Below, in pieces: positions 23,701 to 24,000 of a stretch of 24,000 bases of DNA. The notes beneath the pieces were generated by a model. The model was not told the origin of the DNA and searched no databases. It saw only the letters and a program-made list of their open reading frames with translations. How positions within the stretch are numbered: position 1 is the stretch's first letter; the number at the start of each line of letters is the position of its first letter. Origin of the DNA: Acaryochloris marina S15 (GTDB taxonomy: Bacteria; Cyanobacteriota; Cyanobacteriia; Thermosynechococcales; Thermosynechococcaceae); NCBI RefSeq assembly GCF_018336915.1, contig NZ_CP064923.1, positions 5,434,228-5,458,227 on the forward strand, read 5' to 3'. The position numbers and the translations under genes are program-made.

Positions 23701-24000
23701 CAGCAAGATCTCAATGGTGATCAAGAGATTGGATGGGCATCAACGGCGATAGAAACGGTTGGGACTGCCTCCTTAACAACAACGGCAGTTGGTTATCAAC
23801 TGCAAGGGCAGGGAGCTGCTGCTCAGTTTCTTTGGTTGAACGGAAATGTGGTCAGCGAAAACACTTTCTCTGGCTGGTCTGCTATTGGTGTAGAGCGGTT
23901 AGGGCAAGGGTATCAGTTACTGTGGAAAAATGTTGATGGACGCTATTTAGACTGGCGGGTGGATGCAAATGGGACTTATCAGAGCTCTCAAAGTATCAGT
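20755..24000 (+). CDS. Large multidomain zinc metalloprotease (metzincin/reprolysin-like catalytic domain + PPC-like domain + 111-aa tandem repeats); 3' end lies outside the window
   Basis: It is not on the ORF track because it has no stop in the window. ATG 20755 is preceded by an in-frame TAA at 20737-20739. I translated frame 1 line by line to base 24000 (1082 codons) and found no stop. Zinc site HEVGHSLYLRHD (21733-21768) with a downstream Met-turn-like TIMG (21829-21840). TIYLDFDGHTTSGTWWN marks the start of the catalytic domain. DVDYFSFT...AGTYFIRIDGVG...YGSLGQYSILG is PPC-like (about 21955-22395). Confidence 0.8.
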   Translation, partial: MTNPANSQESHDVISSDLDHDRTSEIEFSLSNNSTLLSDQKEDEHLFKDETKPPQPSIEALESLSIEGASSQQNDFVEQYRFDEYLNSKTFSLSPNLTSLLNPAEQQASCLNCGQVGCACSPNRTQQQDDPHYHHGHTSHHHGHTSHHAHGLEGDFPVWNTANTSANINPSSSLAVSNTFQLHSNPNAQHTIYLDFDGHTTSGTWWNNGGTIRSSAYNRDGNSASFSTSELLEIQSIWQQVAEDFAPFNVNVTTQDPGAAALSRTSSSDSQWGVRVLFTDNRNEIDGTAVAAGAGGIAYVGSFNRNVDQAVFVFNKGARAAAVTASHEVGHSLYLRHDGISGQTAYHPGHGSGATSWGTIMGAPFQENLTQWSKGDYYNADNTEDDLAIITTRNGFDYRSDDHGNSQANASALSLNNAGQMSSFGIIERNTDVDYFSFTTGAGDVSFTITPTSKAFVGNGSGGYATEYLDAQGANLDIWAGLYNSNGTLLTSSNPSNLLTASLDLSLTAGTYFIRIDGVGKDNPLVSGSQGYSDYGSLGQYSILGNVESLSARIIEASGNASLLTTVVGYQLQGQGAAAQFLRLNGNVVSENTFSGWSAIGVERLGQGYQLLWKNVDGRYLDWRVDANGTYQSSQSISETELTSLEPTFQQDLNGDQEIGWASTAIETVGTASLTTTAVGYQLQGQGAAAQFLWLNGNVVSENTFSGWSAIGVERLGQGYQLLWKNVDGRYLDWRVDANGTYQSSQSISETELTSLEPTFQQDLNGDQEIGWASTAIETVGTASLTTTAVGYQLQGQGAAAQFLWLNGNVVSENTFSSWSAIGVERLGQGYQLLWKNVDGRYLDWRVDANGTYQSSQSISETELTSLEPTFQQDLNGDQEIGWASTAIETVGTASLTTTAVGYQLQGQGAAAQFLWLNGNVVSENTFSGWSAIGVERLGQGYQLLWKNVDGRYLDWRVDANGTYQSSQSISETELTSLEPTFQQDLNGDQEIGWASTAIETVGTASLTTTAVGYQLQGQGAAAQFLWLNGNVVSENTFSGWSAIGVERLGQGYQLLWKNVDGRYLDWRVDANGTYQSSQSIS
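21154..21195 (+). repeat. Perfect 21-bp tandem duplication encoding HHGHTSH x2 inside a His-rich tract
   Basis: CATCATGGCCATACGTCACAC occurs at 21154-21174 and again at 21175-21195. The surrounding peptide HYHHGHTSHHHGHTSHHAH (21148-21204) has 11 His in 19 residues. Confidence 0.9.
22417..24000 (+). repeat. In-frame tandem array of 333-bp (111-aa) units, at least 4.75 copies, continuing past the window end
   Basis: Units occupy 22417-22749, 22750-23082, 23083-23415, 23416-23748 and 23749-24000 (partial). Units 2-5 differ by only 1-3 substitutions each, for example TCTGGC / TCTAGC / TCCGGC at the same codon pair and CAATTA versus CAGTTA. Unit 1 diverges over its first ~50 nt and has CGG instead of TGG at 22501. 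Confidence 0.95.

Noticed and set aside
22734-23936. Three identical-looking 67-aa ORFs on the track (22734-22937, 23400-23603, 23733-23936; MGINGDRNGWDC...)
   Set aside because: They are an alternative reading frame of the 333-bp repeat units inside the long frame-1 protease gene. They recur only because the DNA repeats. The expected fourth copy at about 23067 is missing simply because the unit-3 substitution (TCTAGC) creates a TAG in that frame.
22417-24000. The periodic repeats as a CRISPR array or as the template/variable repeats of a diversity-generating retroelement
   Set aside because: The units are 333 bp, directly abutting with no unique spacers, and in frame within a coding sequence. 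The few differences are not adenine-specific, and no reverse transcriptase or cas gene is in the window.

Overview
This looks like a cyanobacterial chromosomal segment. By eye I found 8 perfect HIP1 octamers (GCGATCGC), and several genes are typical of cyanobacteria (hemJ, a stand-alone sdhA, a B12-riboswitch-controlled hupE, a pilA-like pilin). Bases 1-19830 are mostly housekeeping and accessory genes. In order they are: a partial SAM methyltransferase, a HupE/UreJ transporter behind a cobalamin riboswitch, SdhA flavoprotein, an orphan type IV pilin-like gene, a divergent TetR / Coq4-like pair sharing a perfect palindromic operator, a HigB-HigA toxin-antitoxin pair, an alpha/beta hydrolase, a GH1 beta-glucosidase, a catalytically dead Ser/Thr pseudokinase, two hypothetical proteins, a BcsA-like cellulose synthase with a C-terminal PilZ domain, a PilH-like CheY receiver, a CYTH protein, a minus-strand hemJ / histidine kinase / prohibitin cluster, and msrA. 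The most unusual region is 19831-24000. It starts with about 920 bp of AT-rich, ORF-free sequence. This is followed by a very large gene that is missing from the ORF track because it never reaches a stop codon inside the window (ATG 20755 to base 24000, 1082 codons). That gene encodes a metzincin-type zinc metalloprotease with a Cys/His-rich N-terminal region, a PPC-like domain and at least 4.75 near-identical 333-bp (111-aa) tandem repeats running off the window edge. I saw no CRISPR array, tRNA, rRNA or transposase.
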